Of a stretch of 64,000 bases of DNA, positions 1 through 10,354 are shown one piece after another. The notes under the pieces were generated by a model that was given only the letters and a program-made list of their open reading frames with translations, ran no database searches and was not told the DNA's origin. Source of the DNA: Thermoanaerobaculia bacterium (GTDB taxonomy: Bacteria > Acidobacteriota > Thermoanaerobaculia > UBA5066); NCBI GenBank assembly GCA_963719225.1, contig CAVRAY010000001.1, positions 1,024,001 through 1,088,000 of the forward strand. The letters run 5' to 3'. The position numbers and the translations under genes are program-made. Within the stretch, counting starts at the first letter, position 1. Each line of letters opens with the position of its first letter.

Positions 1-565
1 GGGCGCTTCTCTTCGCGTGATCGAAGTGCGCGCGGGCTCGCTCGCGACGGGCGCGTCGACGGTGCCCGCGCGGCTCCTGGACGGCGCGGCCGCGGCGGAC
101 ACCTCGCGTGACGTCTTGAAGCTCGCGGTCGTCGAGCGGCACCGCGGCACGGGCAACGTCGGCGTCGCGTTCGCCCGGGGCTTCGGCCTGAAGCGGGGGG
201 CGATCGCGTCGTCCGTCGCCCACGATTCGCACAACATCGTGGTCGTCGGGGCGGACGACGCCTCGATGGAGACGGCCGTGCGCCGCGTCGCCGCGATCGG
301 AGGCGGCGTCGTCGTGGCGGACGGCGCGCAGGCGCTCGCGGAAGTTCCGCTGCCGGTCGCCGGGCTGATGTCGAACGCGCCGATGGCCGACGTCGATGCG
401 AAGGAGCGCTTCGCGAACGAGGCGGCGCACGCGCTCTCCGGGACGATGGACCACCCGTTCATGACGCTCGCCTTCCTCGCGCTGCCCGTCATCCCGGAGC
501 TGAAGCTCACGGACAAGGGTCTCGTCGACGTCGGCAAGTTTGATTTCGTGAGTCCCGTGGCGTGA
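1..565 (+). CDS. ade: Adenine deaminase, C-terminal part (5' end outside window)
   Basis: Motifs AVVERH, GAIASSVAHDSHNIVVVG, LPVAGLMS and FLALPVIPELKLTDKGL are typical of the adenine deaminase C-terminal domain. Confidence 0.92.
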   Translation, partial: GASLRVIEVRAGSLATGASTVPARLLDGAAAADTSRDVLKLAVVERHRGTGNVGVAFARGFGLKRGAIASSVAHDSHNIVVVGADDASMETAVRRVAAIGGGVVVADGAQALAEVPLPVAGLMSNAPMADVDAKERFANEAAHALSGTMDHPFMTLAFLALPVIPELKLTDKGLVDVGKFDFVSPVA

Positions 566-1533
566 TCGTCGACTGCGGGATCTACGATGCCGGCGTCCGC
601 CGCTCCGGCACGTTTTCGTTCGAGCAGGCGTTCGAGGCCTCGAAAGCCCCGGGGACGTTCGTGTGGCTGGGCCTCTACGAGCCCACGGAAGAGGAGTTCG
701 CGAAGGTGAAGTCCTCGTTCGAGCTCCACGAGCTTGCCGTCGAGGACGCGCTCAAGGCGCACCAGCGCCCGAAGCTCGAAGTCTACGACGATACGCTGTT
801 CGTCGTGATCAAGACGGCGCGCTACGTCGACCGCGACGAGGCCGTGACGCTCGGCGAGATCCTCCTCTTCGTCGGGGCGAACTTCGTGATCGCCGTGCGC
901 CACGGGGAGGGGAGCCCGCTCGTCGAGACCCGGAAGAGCGTCGAGAAGCGGCCCGAGCTGCTCGCGTGCGGGCCCGGCGCCGTCCTCTGGGCGATCGTCG
1001 ACCACGTGGTGGACGACTACCAACCGGTTCTGCACGGCCTCGAGAGCGACATCGACGAGGTCGAGGATGCGGTCTTTTCGGCGAAGGAGGACAACCCGGC
1101 GGAACGGATCTACTTCCTCAAGCGCGAGCTCATGGAGTTCCTGCGCGGTGTGCGCCCGTTGCTGGAACCGCTCGACCGGCTCTCCCGCGGGACGTTCACT
1201 CTCCTGCACGAGGACGTGCGCCCGTATTTCCGCGACGTCGACGACCACCTCATGCGTGTCGTCGATCAGCTCGAAGGCGACCGCGACCTCCTCACGAGCA
1301 TCCTGCAGTCCAACCTGACGCAGCTCTCGATCAGGCAGAACTCGGACATGCGGAAGATCTCCTCGTGGGCGGCCATCCTGGCGGTGCCCACGATGATCGC
1401 GGGGATCTACGGCATGAACTTCCAGCACATGCCCGAGCTGAAGTCTCCCTTCGGCTACCCGTTCGCTCTCGGGCTCATGCTCGTCGTTTGCGGCGGCCTC
1501 TGGAAGGCCTTCAAGCGCTCGGGCTGGCTGTAG
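562..1533 (+). CDS. corA: CorA-family Mg2+/Co2+ transporter
   Basis: LAVED..HQRPK motif, C-terminal YGMNF..MPEL signature and two TM helices. The start overlaps the ade stop (GTGA). Confidence 0.93.
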   Translation: MIVDCGIYDAGVRRSGTFSFEQAFEASKAPGTFVWLGLYEPTEEEFAKVKSSFELHELAVEDALKAHQRPKLEVYDDTLFVVIKTARYVDRDEAVTLGEILLFVGANFVIAVRHGEGSPLVETRKSVEKRPELLACGPGAVLWAIVDHVVDDYQPVLHGLESDIDEVEDAVFSAKEDNPAERIYFLKRELMEFLRGVRPLLEPLDRLSRGTFTLLHEDVRPYFRDVDDHLMRVVDQLEGDRDLLTSILQSNLTQLSIRQNSDMRKISSWAAILAVPTMIAGIYGMNFQHMPELKSPFGYPFALGLMLVVCGGLWKAFKRSGWL

Positions 1534-1539
1534 AAGACC

Positions 1540-2028
1540 TCAGTTGACCGGCGGCGGGCCGCCGAACGCGCGCATCGCGGCGCGGCGCCGCTGCTTGTGG
1601 GCGGCGATCCAGCCGTCGAGCCTAGCCTTCTGTTCCGGCGTGAGGACGCCGTTGATCTCGGCGTGCACGCTCTCGAGCTGAGCCCTGGCGGCCTTTCCGT
1701 CGGCCCGCACCTTGAGGAACGCGGCCCCGACGACGGCAGGATCCGGATTCTCTGCAGAGGCGGCGGCCCTGAGGGCCTCGCGGTTCGCCTTCGCGTGGGA
1801 CCGGAACGCCTGGAACTGCTCCTTGTGAGACGAGAAGATGGCCTTGACCTTCTCCTTCTGGGTGTCGCTCAGATCGAGAGTCGCCATCGCCGCCCGGATC
1901 CCGCGGCCGAAGCGGACTCCGCCGCCCGGCCTCTGTGCCAGGGCCACGCTGTTGGCGAGGGCCAGAGCCAGAACAGAGGCTCCGATTCCAAGGCTGATCA
2001 TGTTGCTGCCGAAGACTTTGCGGTTCAC
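1540..2028 (-). CDS. Spy/CpxP-family periplasmic chaperone (LTXXQ)
   Basis: Signal peptide plus two LSDTQ/LTPEQ motifs in a helical body; located downstream of an ECF/anti-sigma pair. Confidence 0.8.
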   Translation of the reverse strand: MNRKVFGSNMISLGIGASVLALALANSVALAQRPGGGVRFGRGIRAAMATLDLSDTQKEKVKAIFSSHKEQFQAFRSHAKANREALRAAASAENPDPAVVGAAFLKVRADGKAARAQLESVHAEINGVLTPEQKARLDGWIAAHKQRRRAAMRAFGGPPPVN

Positions 2029-2081
2029 TTGAGTTTCCCTTCCTGCGGAGCCCTTCGCTCTTCGAAGGGTCGCACGTGATC

Positions 2082-2107
2082 AGACGCAGGACCGTGTCGG
2101 GCGTTTA
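2082..2107 (-). promoter_or_regulatory. Candidate ECF-sigma promoter for the Spy-like gene
   Basis: Minus strand TAAAC-N16-CGTCT matches the generic ECF AAC-N16/17-CGT pattern. Confidence 0.4.
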
Positions 2108-2125
2108 CGCTCCGGGTTCCGAGCC

Positions 2126-2887
2126 CTAGAACCGCTCCCCGACGAGGACGATGGCGCCGGTGGGTTTCGGGACGCCGCCCTTCGGCTCGACCGAGACGGC
2201 GAACTTCACGGGCGCCTCGCCGAGGTTCTCCTGCCTCGAGATCGGGATGACCGTCGCGCCGTCGGGGCGGGCATCGAACGTGCCGGCGGGCTCCGGCTGG
2301 TCGCCCACGAAAGCCCAGAGCTCGTAGCTCTTCTCGAGCGGCAGCGGCGGAAGGCCGCTGACCCAGAGGATTCCCTGCCTCGTCTCGGGGTGCCACAGGA
2401 GCTTCGCCTTCGCCGTCGGATTCGACTCGAGGCCCTTCAGGAGGGCGACTTGCACGCGAGGATCCTTCAGCCATGCGAGCTCCGCGTCCTTCGCCTTCAG
2501 GTCGCGTTCCTTGTCGTGAAGCATTCCCTCGAGCTGGGCGACGTTCGCGCGCGTGGCGCCCAGGTCCGTGCGCGTGGCGTACCAGAGAGCCGCGAACGCC
2601 GCGGCGAGCATGAAGGAGGCCGCGACGCCGAGCGCCCAGGCCATGGTCGCGAGGCCGCGGTCCGGCATTCCGGCCGACACGCGGCGCGGGGGGGCGCTCG
2701 GGACCTCGTCTGCCTGGCCCCGGATCTGCCAGAGAATGCGCTCCTTCAGCCCGGGTGGCGGCGCGGTTTCGGGCGGCGGGGGAGCGCCCTCGTCCGTGGC
2801 GTCGAGCTCGGCCTCGAGGGCATCGCACCACGTCGCGAACTCGGTCGCGAGGAGGGAAGCCTTGGGGTCGATGCGGTCGTCAGCCAC
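2126..2887 (-). CDS. Anti-sigma factor, RskA-like
   Basis: One TM helix, a coiled coil, and C-terminal YELW...FAVSVEPKGG...PTG motifs of the RskA domain; overlaps the ECF sigma gene. Confidence 0.85.
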   Translation of the reverse strand: MADDRIDPKASLLATEFATWCDALEAELDATDEGAPPPPETAPPPGLKERILWQIRGQADEVPSAPPRRVSAGMPDRGLATMAWALGVAASFMLAAAFAALWYATRTDLGATRANVAQLEGMLHDKERDLKAKDAELAWLKDPRVQVALLKGLESNPTAKAKLLWHPETRQGILWVSGLPPLPLEKSYELWAFVGDQPEPAGTFDARPDGATVIPISRQENLGEAPVKFAVSVEPKGGVPKPTGAIVLVGERF

Positions 2888-3443
2888 GGCCGGCCCCTCC
2901 TTCCCCGGCGATCGCCCGGAGCTTCGCGAGGCCCGAACGCGTACGGCTCTTCACCGTGCCGAGCGGCTCGTTCAGGCGCGCGGCGATCTCCTCCTGCGTG
3001 TAGCCGTCGAAGTAGGCGAGGCGAAGGACGGCCTGCTCCTTCTCGGACAGCTTTTCGAGACAGCGCGAGACGTAGTCGCGCAGGGCGGCGGTCTCCTGCC
3101 GTCCGTCGCCGACGGCGCCGGCGCGGTCGAGCGACTCGTCCGGAGCAGAGGAAAAGCGCTGCTCGATCGAGTGGCGGCTCCGCCAGCGGTCGAGCGCCCG
3201 GCTCCGCGCGATCGTGAACAGCCACGTCTTCACCGACGCGCGCGTCGCGTCGAACCGGCGCGCGTCGCGCCACACCTGGATGAAGGCTTCCTGCAGCACG
3301 TCTTCGGCATCCCTCGCGTCCTTGAGAATACGAACGCAGAAGGCGAAAAGGACCGGTGCATACCGGTCGTAGAAGAGACCGAACGCGTCGCGGTCGCCAT
3401 CGGCGATCCGCGCGAAAAGCTCGGGGTCGGCCGGCGTGCTCAC
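2880..3443 (-). CDS. ECF RNA polymerase sigma factor (SigK-like)
   Basis: AEDVLQEAF, WLFTIARSRALD and EIAARLNEPLGTVKSR (regions 2 and 4). Confidence 0.92.
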   Translation of the reverse strand: MSTPADPELFARIADGDRDAFGLFYDRYAPVLFAFCVRILKDARDAEDVLQEAFIQVWRDARRFDATRASVKTWLFTIARSRALDRWRSRHSIEQRFSSAPDESLDRAGAVGDGRQETAALRDYVSRCLEKLSEKEQAVLRLAYFDGYTQEEIAARLNEPLGTVKSRTRSGLAKLRAIAGEGGAGRG

Positions 3444-3525
3444 GGTGAACTTGCGCGCAGCGTGACCGCGCCGCGCGAGCCTGTCAAGCGGGAGAACCTC
3501 CGACGGCTAGAATCCCCCGAAAACC

Positions 3526-5166
3526 ATGCGCGACGGCTCGTTTCTGAAACGAACTGCAGTCGGTCTTCTCCCGTGTCTCGTGCTGCTCGTTCCCGCCGGC
3601 GGCGCATCGGCGCAGAACGCGTCGAACCCTCCGACGATCACGATCGCTCCGTCGCCCGGGCCGCCGAAGTGGTTCGTCGCGGGCATGGCGTACGTGCAGG
3701 GCTCGCTCGCGGGCACGCTCTGGCAGACCGACGTCACTCTCTTCAATCCCGACCCGAGCCGTCCGGCGACGTATTCGCTTGCCTTCCTCGATGGACGAAA
3801 CCCCACCGATGAGGCCAACCTCGTCTGGAAGCCGATCGCTCTCGGCGCGCAGGAGAGCTTCTCGTCGCCGAACATTCTGGCCTTCTTCGGGCAGCCGCTG
3901 GGGAGCTTCGGCGCCCTTCTGGTGCGCGGCGAGTCCGCGCCCGTGCCGCCCGTTCTCACGGCGCGCACGTTCAACAACGGGGATCTCGCGAAGGGCACGT
4001 TCGGGCTGTCCGTCCCGTCCACGCAACTGGAAAACGCGGTGACGGCCCAGGCGGGTCTTTCGCAGCAGCTTCTCATCGGTCTGCGCGATGACGACACGGC
4101 CTATACGAATATCGGCCTCATGAACATGTCGACCGACTGGAGCCAGGTTCGGCTCACGTTTCTTGGCGGTGCCGACAGCGAGAATCTGGGCCAGCTGGAC
4201 GTGGACGTTCCTCCGTACGGCGTCGCGCAGCTCAACCGCCCCCTCGCCGCGCCCCCGCCGAGCGGCGTGGGATATCCGAACCCTCTGAATCAGTTCAGCG
4301 TGAAGGTCGCGGTGCTCTCCAGCGGCTCGGTTTTTCCTTACGCCACCGTCATCGACCGCCGTTCGACGGACCCGATCGTCGTGATCGCCTCCGACCGGCC
4401 TTCGTCGAGGTACCGGATGCCCGGCATCGTTCGCCTCCAGGGCGCGAACGACACCGTCTGGCGGAGCCGCTTCTTCGTCTCGAACCCGTCGACTACCTCC
4501 CGCAAGGTGACCATTTCCTACTCCTTCGTGCCATGCGACGCGACGGGCTGCCAGGGGCGTGTCACGGACGCGCAGAGCGACGTGACGCTGCTCCCCGGCG
4601 AAACGCTCTGGGCCGACGACTTCCCGAAAGTGTGGCTGGCCGCCTTCGGGTACGACGTGTCCGACACCACGGCCTACCAGGCGTCGTACGTCGACGTCTT
4701 CCCGGCGGCCGGCGACGCGAACCAGGAGCCGCTGCTCGTTCTCGGCGAGACGTACAACGACCAGCCGACGGGTCCCGTCGGCCTTCAGGTTCCGGGCTTC
4801 ACCGACGCGGACGCGGTCTCGAGGACGGGCGCCAACAAGCGCCTCCTCCTCGCGGGCCTCGTCTCGAACGCCTCGTATCGCAGCAACGTCGCGCTGTTTC
4901 TCCAGAGCGGCGCGTCGGGCCGGTGCACGGTACGTGTGCTGTCGGAGGTCGGCGTCGAGGTGGCTCACCAGGACATCGGGTTCAGCGGCGCGACCACGTT
5001 CGTCCAGCTCAACGACGCCGGGCTCTTCGGGTCCCTCCCGGGCGAGAGGAATCGGCTCGCGGTCGTGATCGACTCGTTCGACGGCGATCCCGTCTCGGCC
5101 TATGGGACGATCGTCGACAACATCTCGGGCGACGCAACGTTCGTGAAGGCTCAGCCGGCGCCCTGA
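3526..5166 (+). CDS. Secreted hypothetical protein with two tandem beta-rich modules
   Basis: Signal peptide; internal duplication ([17 protein letters not shown] / [16 protein letters not shown]; YTNIGL / YRSNVAL; [12 protein letters not shown] / [12 protein letters not shown]). Confidence 0.75.
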   Translation: MRDGSFLKRTAVGLLPCLVLLVPAGGASAQNASNPPTITIAPSPGPPKWFVAGMAYVQGSLAGTLWQTDVTLFNPDPSRPATYSLAFLDGRNPTDEANLVWKPIALGAQESFSSPNILAFFGQPLGSFGALLVRGESAPVPPVLTARTFNNGDLAKGTFGLSVPSTQLENAVTAQAGLSQQLLIGLRDDDTAYTNIGLMNMSTDWSQVRLTFLGGADSENLGQLDVDVPPYGVAQLNRPLAAPPPSGVGYPNPLNQFSVKVAVLSSGSVFPYATVIDRRSTDPIVVIASDRPSSRYRMPGIVRLQGANDTVWRSRFFVSNPSTTSRKVTISYSFVPCDATGCQGRVTDAQSDVTLLPGETLWADDFPKVWLAAFGYDVSDTTAYQASYVDVFPAAGDANQEPLLVLGETYNDQPTGPVGLQVPGFTDADAVSRTGANKRLLLAGLVSNASYRSNVALFLQSGASGRCTVRVLSEVGVEVAHQDIGFSGATTFVQLNDAGLFGSLPGERNRLAVVIDSFDGDPVSAYGTIVDNISGDATFVKAQPAP

Positions 5167-5186
5167 CGCTCGCGTACGAACGCGGA

Positions 5187-5215
5187 TTGACGCCCCCGGA
5201 CGGGGCCGGTACCGT
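5187..5215 (+). promoter_or_regulatory. Sigma70-type promoter, probably leaderless, for the parC-ispH operon
   Basis: TTGACG-N17-TACCGT ends 6 nt before ATG 5222; no Shine-Dalgarno. Confidence 0.5.
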
Positions 5216-5221
5216 CCTTCC

Positions 5222-7546
5222 ATGTCGAAGAGAAAGCTCTCCAGCGCGGGCGGCCAGCCGCCGCTGCCGTTCGATGCCGAGATCCCGCTTCCCGACGAGG
5301 CCCGGCGCCGGTACCTGAACTACGCCCTCTCGGTCATCACGTCGCGCGCGCTGCCGGACGTGCGGGACGGGCTCAAGCCCGTGCAGCGCCGCATCCTCTT
5401 CGCGATGTTCCAGAACCTCCACCTCATGCCGGACGCGAAGTTCAAGAAGTCCGCGACCGTCGTGGGCGACGTCATTGGCAAGTACCACCCGCACGGCGAC
5501 GTCGCGATCTACGACGCGATGGTGCGCATGGCGCAGCCCTTCTCGCTCCGCGCGCCGCTCGTGGACGGGCACGGCAACTTCGGCTCGCTCGACGGCGACT
5601 CGGCGGCGGCCTACCGCTACACCGAGGCGCGCCTCAAGCCGCTCGCGATCGAGCTCCTTTCCGAGATCCGGAGGAAGACGGTCGACTGGCGCCCGAACTT
5701 CGACGGCGTCCACTTCGAGCCCGTGGTCCTGCCGGCGCGGTATCCGAACCTGCTCGTCAACGGCGCGACGGGCATCGCGGTCGGAATGGCGACGTCGATC
5801 CCGCCTCACAATCCCGTCGAGGTGCTCGACGCCGCGATCGCGGCCGTGGACGACCGCGAGTCGGACCCGCTGCGCTTCATCAAGGGCCCGGACTTTCCGA
5901 CGGGCGGGCTCCTCGTCTCCGGAAAGCGCGAGCTCCGCGCGATCTACGAGAGCGGACAGGGCACGCTGAAGCTGCGCGGCGAATGGGAGGTCGAGGAGGG
6001 CGCTCGCGGCGCCCGGATGATCGTCGTGACGTCGATCCCGTACGCGCAGGAGAAGGCGAATCTCGTCGCGAAGATCGCGGACGTCATCATCGAGCGGCGG
6101 CTCGCCTCTCTCGTCGACGTGCGCGACGAGTCCACGGAGGACGTGCGCATCGTCCTCGAGATCAAGCGCGAGGCCGACCCGGCGCTCGTCATGACGTACC
6201 TGTACAAGCACACGCCTCTCGAGACGACGGTGCCCGTGAACCTCACGTGCCTCGTGCCGACGGCGAACCCCGACGCCTGCGAGCCGGCGCGCCTTCCTCT
6301 CGCGACGATGCTCCGGCACTTCCTCGACTTCCGGCTCGAGACGGTCCGGAGGCGGTTCCTTTTCGACCTCGAGGAGCTGAAGAAGCGCCTGCACCTCCTG
6401 GAGGGCTTCCTCGTCATCTACGACGCTCTCGACGAGGCGATCCGCATCATCCGCAAGTCCGACGGAAAGGCCGACGCCGCCGGGAAGCTCATGAAGCGCT
6501 TCTCGCTCGACGAGGAGCAGGTCGAGGCGATCCTCGAGACGAAGCTCTACAAGCTCGCGCGCCTCGAAGTCGACGCGATCCGCGCCGAGCTGAAGGAAAA
6601 GACGGCCGAGGCGGCCATCATCGAGGCGATCCTGAAGTCGCCAAGGAAGCTCTGGAACGAGGTCAAGGGCGAGCTCGCCGAGGTGCGCGAGACGCTCGCG
6701 GGCGAGAAACGCCGGACGAAGGTCCAGGCGAGCGTCGAGGAGCCGACGTACGACGCGGAGGCCTTCATCCAGCACGAGGACACGTACGCCGTCGTCTCGC
6801 AGGACGGATGGCTGAAGCGCCAGCGCGAGATGAAGGACCCGAAGTCCACGCGCCTGAGGGAAGGCGACGAAGTGCTCGCCGTGCTCCAGGGCTCGACGAA
6901 GGAGGCGGCCGTCCTCTTCTCGAATCGAGGCACCGCGTACGTCCTGAAGCTGAACGACGTGCCGCCGTCGACCGGTTATGGCGAGCCCGTGCAGAAGATC
7001 TTCAGGTTCGGGGACGGCGAACGGGTCGTCGCGGCCCTCTCCCTCGATCCCCGGGTCGTGCCGGAGAAGAACGTGCTCCTCCTCGCCGCCACGCGCCGCG
7101 GCCTCGTCCTGAGGTTCTCGCTGGACCCCTTCCGCGAGGTGACGACGCGCGCCGGGCGGCGCTTCGCGAAGCCCGCGAAGGGCGACGAGATCGCTTCCGT
7201 CTTCGTGTGCCAGGAGAGCGACCTCGTGGCCCTCGCGTCGGAGAAGGGGCGCGCGATCCTCTTCCCCGCGAACGAGGTGCCCGTGCTCGCGGGGCCGGGC
7301 AAGGGCGTCCTCGGCTTCAAGCTCGGGCCGGACGACCGCCTCGTGGGCGCGGCGCTGTTCGGGGACGACGAGAAACGGGCGACGCTCACGCTCGTGAACG
7401 GCAGGGGAACCGAGCACACGATCAGCCGCCGCTACACACCGGTCTCGCGCGGCGGGAAGGGCTTCGAGCTGATCAAGCGCGACCGGCTCGTGAAAGCTCT
7501 CTTTCCCGAGATCGTTCTCGTAGACTTCGAGGGGAAGGGGGATTGA
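5222..7546 (+). CDS. parC: Type IIA topoisomerase A subunit, probably topoisomerase IV (ParC)
   Basis: [21 protein letters not shown], catalytic AAAYRYTE and GIAVGMAT motifs; beta-pinwheel CTD without a GyrA-box at the canonical position. Confidence 0.8.
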   Translation: MSKRKLSSAGGQPPLPFDAEIPLPDEARRRYLNYALSVITSRALPDVRDGLKPVQRRILFAMFQNLHLMPDAKFKKSATVVGDVIGKYHPHGDVAIYDAMVRMAQPFSLRAPLVDGHGNFGSLDGDSAAAYRYTEARLKPLAIELLSEIRRKTVDWRPNFDGVHFEPVVLPARYPNLLVNGATGIAVGMATSIPPHNPVEVLDAAIAAVDDRESDPLRFIKGPDFPTGGLLVSGKRELRAIYESGQGTLKLRGEWEVEEGARGARMIVVTSIPYAQEKANLVAKIADVIIERRLASLVDVRDESTEDVRIVLEIKREADPALVMTYLYKHTPLETTVPVNLTCLVPTANPDACEPARLPLATMLRHFLDFRLETVRRRFLFDLEELKKRLHLLEGFLVIYDALDEAIRIIRKSDGKADAAGKLMKRFSLDEEQVEAILETKLYKLARLEVDAIRAELKEKTAEAAIIEAILKSPRKLWNEVKGELAEVRETLAGEKRRTKVQASVEEPTYDAEAFIQHEDTYAVVSQDGWLKRQREMKDPKSTRLREGDEVLAVLQGSTKEAAVLFSNRGTAYVLKLNDVPPSTGYGEPVQKIFRFGDGERVVAALSLDPRVVPEKNVLLLAATRRGLVLRFSLDPFREVTTRAGRRFAKPAKGDEIASVFVCQESDLVALASEKGRAILFPANEVPVLAGPGKGVLGFKLGPDDRLVGAALFGDDEKRATLTLVNGRGTEHTISRRYTPVSRGGKGFELIKRDRLVKALFPEIVLVDFEGKGD

Positions 7547-8394
7547 TGGAAGTCGTCCTCGCCGAAAAGTACGGCTTCTGCGCCGGCGTTCGCGTCGCGG
7601 ACAAGCTCGTCCGCCTCGCCGCAAAGAAGGGCCAGAAGGGCGCGATCTTCGGGCAGGTCGTGCACAACGAAAGCGTCGAGAGCGAGATGGCGCGTCTCGG
7701 CTTTCCCACGGTGCACGATCTCGAGGCCGCGAAGGCCCACGAGGCACGCATCGTCTTTTCGGCGCACGGCGTCGCGCCGTCCGTGCGCGCGGAGGCCGCG
7801 TCGCTCGGCCTCGCGACGATCGACACGACGTGCAAGTTCGTGACGGACATTCACAACGAGATCATGCGGTCGCTGGACGACGGCTGCTTCATCGCGATTC
7901 TCGGTCAGGCCGACCACCGCGAGGTCGTCGGGTACACGAAGGACCTCGATCCCGCGCGCTACCACGTCTTTTACCGGCTCGACGAGGTTACGGCCTTCGA
8001 CTGGTCCTGCATTCCGCGCGTCAAGATCGTCTTCCAGACCACGATCAACTCCGAGACGTTCGCGCCGCACGTGGAGGAGATCCGCCTGCGCGTCCCGGAC
8101 ACGCGCGTGGCCGACACGATCTGCTATGCGACGAAGGAGAACCAGGACGCCCTGCGCGTCCTCTGCGCCGATCCTGCGATCGACGCGATCATCGTCATCG
8201 GCGGCAAGAACAGCAAGAACACGAAAGAGCTCGCGCGCATCGCTCAGGCGAAAAAGCCGACGTTCCTGGTCGGCACGGCCGCGGAGCTCGACGTCGCTCA
8301 GCTCGCGGGGATGAAGAAGATCGGGGTTTCCGCGGGGGCGTCGACTCCGGATTACGACGTCGAGGCCGTGGTCGCGAGACTCAAGGCGCTCTGA
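7546..8394 (+). CDS. ispH: 4-hydroxy-3-methylbut-2-enyl diphosphate reductase
   Basis: GFCAGV, VHN, SAHGV, DTTC, HREV, QTT, TICYAT and GASTP motifs. The ATG overlaps the parC stop (TGATG). Confidence 0.92.
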   Translation: MEVVLAEKYGFCAGVRVADKLVRLAAKKGQKGAIFGQVVHNESVESEMARLGFPTVHDLEAAKAHEARIVFSAHGVAPSVRAEAASLGLATIDTTCKFVTDIHNEIMRSLDDGCFIAILGQADHREVVGYTKDLDPARYHVFYRLDEVTAFDWSCIPRVKIVFQTTINSETFAPHVEEIRLRVPDTRVADTICYATKENQDALRVLCADPAIDAIIVIGGKNSKNTKELARIAQAKKPTFLVGTAAELDVAQLAGMKKIGVSAGASTPDYDVEAVVARLKAL

Positions 8395-8439
8395 CCAAAG
8401 AGCGACGCGAAGCTGTCAGCGGATCGTGCGGTTCGCTCG

Positions 8440-8652
8440 CTACGTTCGGCCGAGAATTCCCTTAGCACGTTCGGTCATGTGAGGAAAGAGGTCCGGCGGT
8501 ACGTTAAGGCCCGCCGTGCTCACCATGTAGCGGGCGCAGCTTGCCCTGTCGCTTCCGCAATAGGCCTCCTTCATCGCCGGCGATGTCGGGGGCATGTTGT
8601 CCATCTTGTCGTTGAAGAACTGGCATTTTTCGATTTTCTCGCAACAAGCCAT
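8440..8652 (-). CDS. Small Cys-rich hypothetical protein (70 aa)
   Basis: CC..C.FF...YC......CARY...VP.DLFP pattern; strong RBS (AAAGGAG) and its own promoter; lower GC than the flanks. Confidence 0.7.
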   Translation of the reverse strand: MACCEKIEKCQFFNDKMDNMPPTSPAMKEAYCGSDRASCARYMVSTAGLNVPPDLFPHMTERAKGILGRT

Positions 8653-8693
8653 CGTCGTTCTCCTTTCTTCTCTTTATAACCACATGAATATAT

Positions 8694-8722
8694 ATTATTT
8701 CGCCTTCCCTTATGAGTGTCAA
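8694..8722 (-). promoter_or_regulatory. Sigma70 promoter for the 70-aa Cys-rich gene
   Basis: Minus strand TTGACA-N17-AATAAT in an AT-rich patch. Confidence 0.65.
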
Positions 8723-8836
8723 GGCTGGTGCGGCCCTCTCGCGACCGGGCCCGAGGTGACGAAGAAGTGCTTCGACTACTGGGCGAAGTACGACTGGACC
8801 CTGAGGAAATCGAAGGGTAACGAGCATGCGCCTTGA
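8723..8836 (+). pseudogene. Orphan 3' gene fragment (GWCGPLATGPEVTKKCFDYWAKYDWTLRK...)
   Basis: Coding-like G/C third positions start abruptly at the edge of the AT-rich patch, with no plausible start codon. Confidence 0.4.
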
Positions 8837-8888
8837 CCGGTCTCGCCTGATGCAGGCGCCTCATGACCGGGGCGGGCGGGCGCGTGTA

Positions 8889-8910
8889 CATTTCGTCTTG
8901 TTCCGAAATG
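8889..8910 (+). promoter_or_regulatory. Inverted repeat, candidate ArsR operator
   Basis: CATTTCG-N8-CGAAATG; the right arm contains the permease ATG. Confidence 0.5.
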
Positions 8911-9987
8911 ACGAACGCCACGCTCTCCCTCCCGACCTACGACCCTGTTGAGGCCCCGGCGGCTGGCCTGCGGCCCCGGACTGTCATCCTCCATCTCGCG
9001 GCGCTCGCCGTCTGGGTCGCCGCCTACGCAGTCATCGGAGACCTCTCGCGGGTCGTCACGACCCGCCTCCTCGGCCTCACGCCCGGGACGCACCTCGGCG
9101 CGGCGGTCGAGTTCTTCGTCTTCGAGGTCCCGAAGGTCCTTCTCCTCCTCACGCTCGTCGTCTTTGTCGTCAGCATCGTGAGGAGCTTCTTCACCCCGGA
9201 GAGGACTCGGAGCCTGCTGGCGGGTCGGCGGGAAACGGCCGGAAACGCGCTCGCGTCGCTCCTCGGCGTCGTCACGCCGTTCTGCTCGTGCTCGGCGGTC
9301 CCGATGTTCATCGGCTTCGTGACCGCGGGCGTGCCGCTTGGAGTGACGTTTTCGTTCCTCGTCGCCGCGCCCATGGTCAATGAGATCGCGCTCGCACTCC
9401 TTTTCGGCCTTTTCGGCTGGAAGGTCGCCGGGCTCTACCTCGGCACCGGTCTCCTCATCGCGTTCGTCGTCCGGCTGGGTCATCGGACGTCTGAAGCTCG
9501 AGGCCTGGGTCGAGCCGTGGGTCTACGGGACCCGTGGTCCCGTCAACGGCCCGGCGGGGGAGAGCGCCCGGCTGGGAGAGGCGTCTCGCGATCGGGCGCG
9601 AAGCAGGTCCGCGAGATCGTCGGAAAGGTGTGGCTCTACGTCGTCGCGGGGATCGCCGTCGGCGCCGGAATCCACGGCTGGGTGCCCGAGGACTTCATGG
9701 CGTCGGTCATGGGCAAGGGCGCCTGGTGGTCCGTGCCGCTCGCCGTCCTGATCGGCGTCCCGATGTACTCGAACGCGGCGGGCATCATCCCGATCGTGCA
9801 GGCGCTCCTCGGGAAGGGCGCCGCGCTCGGCACCGTCCTCGCGTTCATGATGTCGGTCATCGCCCTCTCGCTTCCGGAGATGGTGATCCTCCGCAAGGTC
9901 CTCACGCTGCGCCTCATCGCCGTCTTCGTCGGCGTCGTGGGAACGGGGATCCTCCTCGTCGGATACCTCTTTAATGCGCTCCTCTGA
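8908..9987 (+). CDS. ArsP/DUF318-family permease with a compensating internal frameshift pair
   Basis: TPFCSCSAVP, FLVAAPMVNE, GVPMYSNAAG and MMSVIALSLPE motifs. Between ~9470 and ~9595 the family-like sequence (SGWVIGRLKLEAWVEPWVY) lies in another frame. Confidence 0.85.
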   Translation: MTNATLSLPTYDPVEAPAAGLRPRTVILHLAALAVWVAAYAVIGDLSRVVTTRLLGLTPGTHLGAAVEFFVFEVPKVLLLLTLVVFVVSIVRSFFTPERTRSLLAGRRETAGNALASLLGVVTPFCSCSAVPMFIGFVTAGVPLGVTFSFLVAAPMVNEIALALLFGLFGWKVAGLYLGTGLLIAFVVRLGHRTSEARGLGRAVGLRDPWSRQRPGGGERPAGRGVSRSGAKQVREIVGKVWLYVVAGIAVGAGIHGWVPEDFMASVMGKGAWWSVPLAVLIGVPMYSNAAGIIPIVQALLGKGAALGTVLAFMMSVIALSLPEMVILRKVLTLRLIAVFVGVVGTGILLVGYLFNALL

Positions 9988-9988
9988 G

Positions 9989-10354
9989 ATGACGAAGTCC
10001 GGCCTCTCCGCCACGACCGCCGCCGCCAAGGCCCTCGCGCACCCCGCGCGACTCCGAGTCCTCGCGATGCTCTCGGGAGGGCCGCTCTGCGTGTGCCAGA
10101 TGACGGCCGTTCTCGGCTCGGCGCCGTCCACGGTCTCCGAGCATCTCCGGGAGCTGAAGCAGGCAGGTCTCCTCGTCGAGGAGAAGAACGGCAAGTTCGT
10201 CTTTTACCGGCTCGCGTCGTCGGCGGACGCGGCCCCGTGGCGGGACGCCGTACGCCGCGGTCTGGACGGCGATCCCGTCGCCCGCGCCGACGCGGCGCGC
10301 GTGGGCCGGATCCGCAGAATTCCCGTCGAGAAGTTCGCCGCAAGGAGAAGGTGA
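9989..10354 (+). CDS. arsR: ArsR/SmtB-family repressor with an As(III)-type CVC site
   Basis: KALAHPARLRVL, LCVCQM, STVSEHL and GKFVFYRL motifs. Confidence 0.85.
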   Translation: MTKSGLSATTAAAKALAHPARLRVLAMLSGGPLCVCQMTAVLGSAPSTVSEHLRELKQAGLLVEEKNGKFVFYRLASSADAAPWRDAVRRGLDGDPVARADAARVGRIRRIPVEKFAARRR

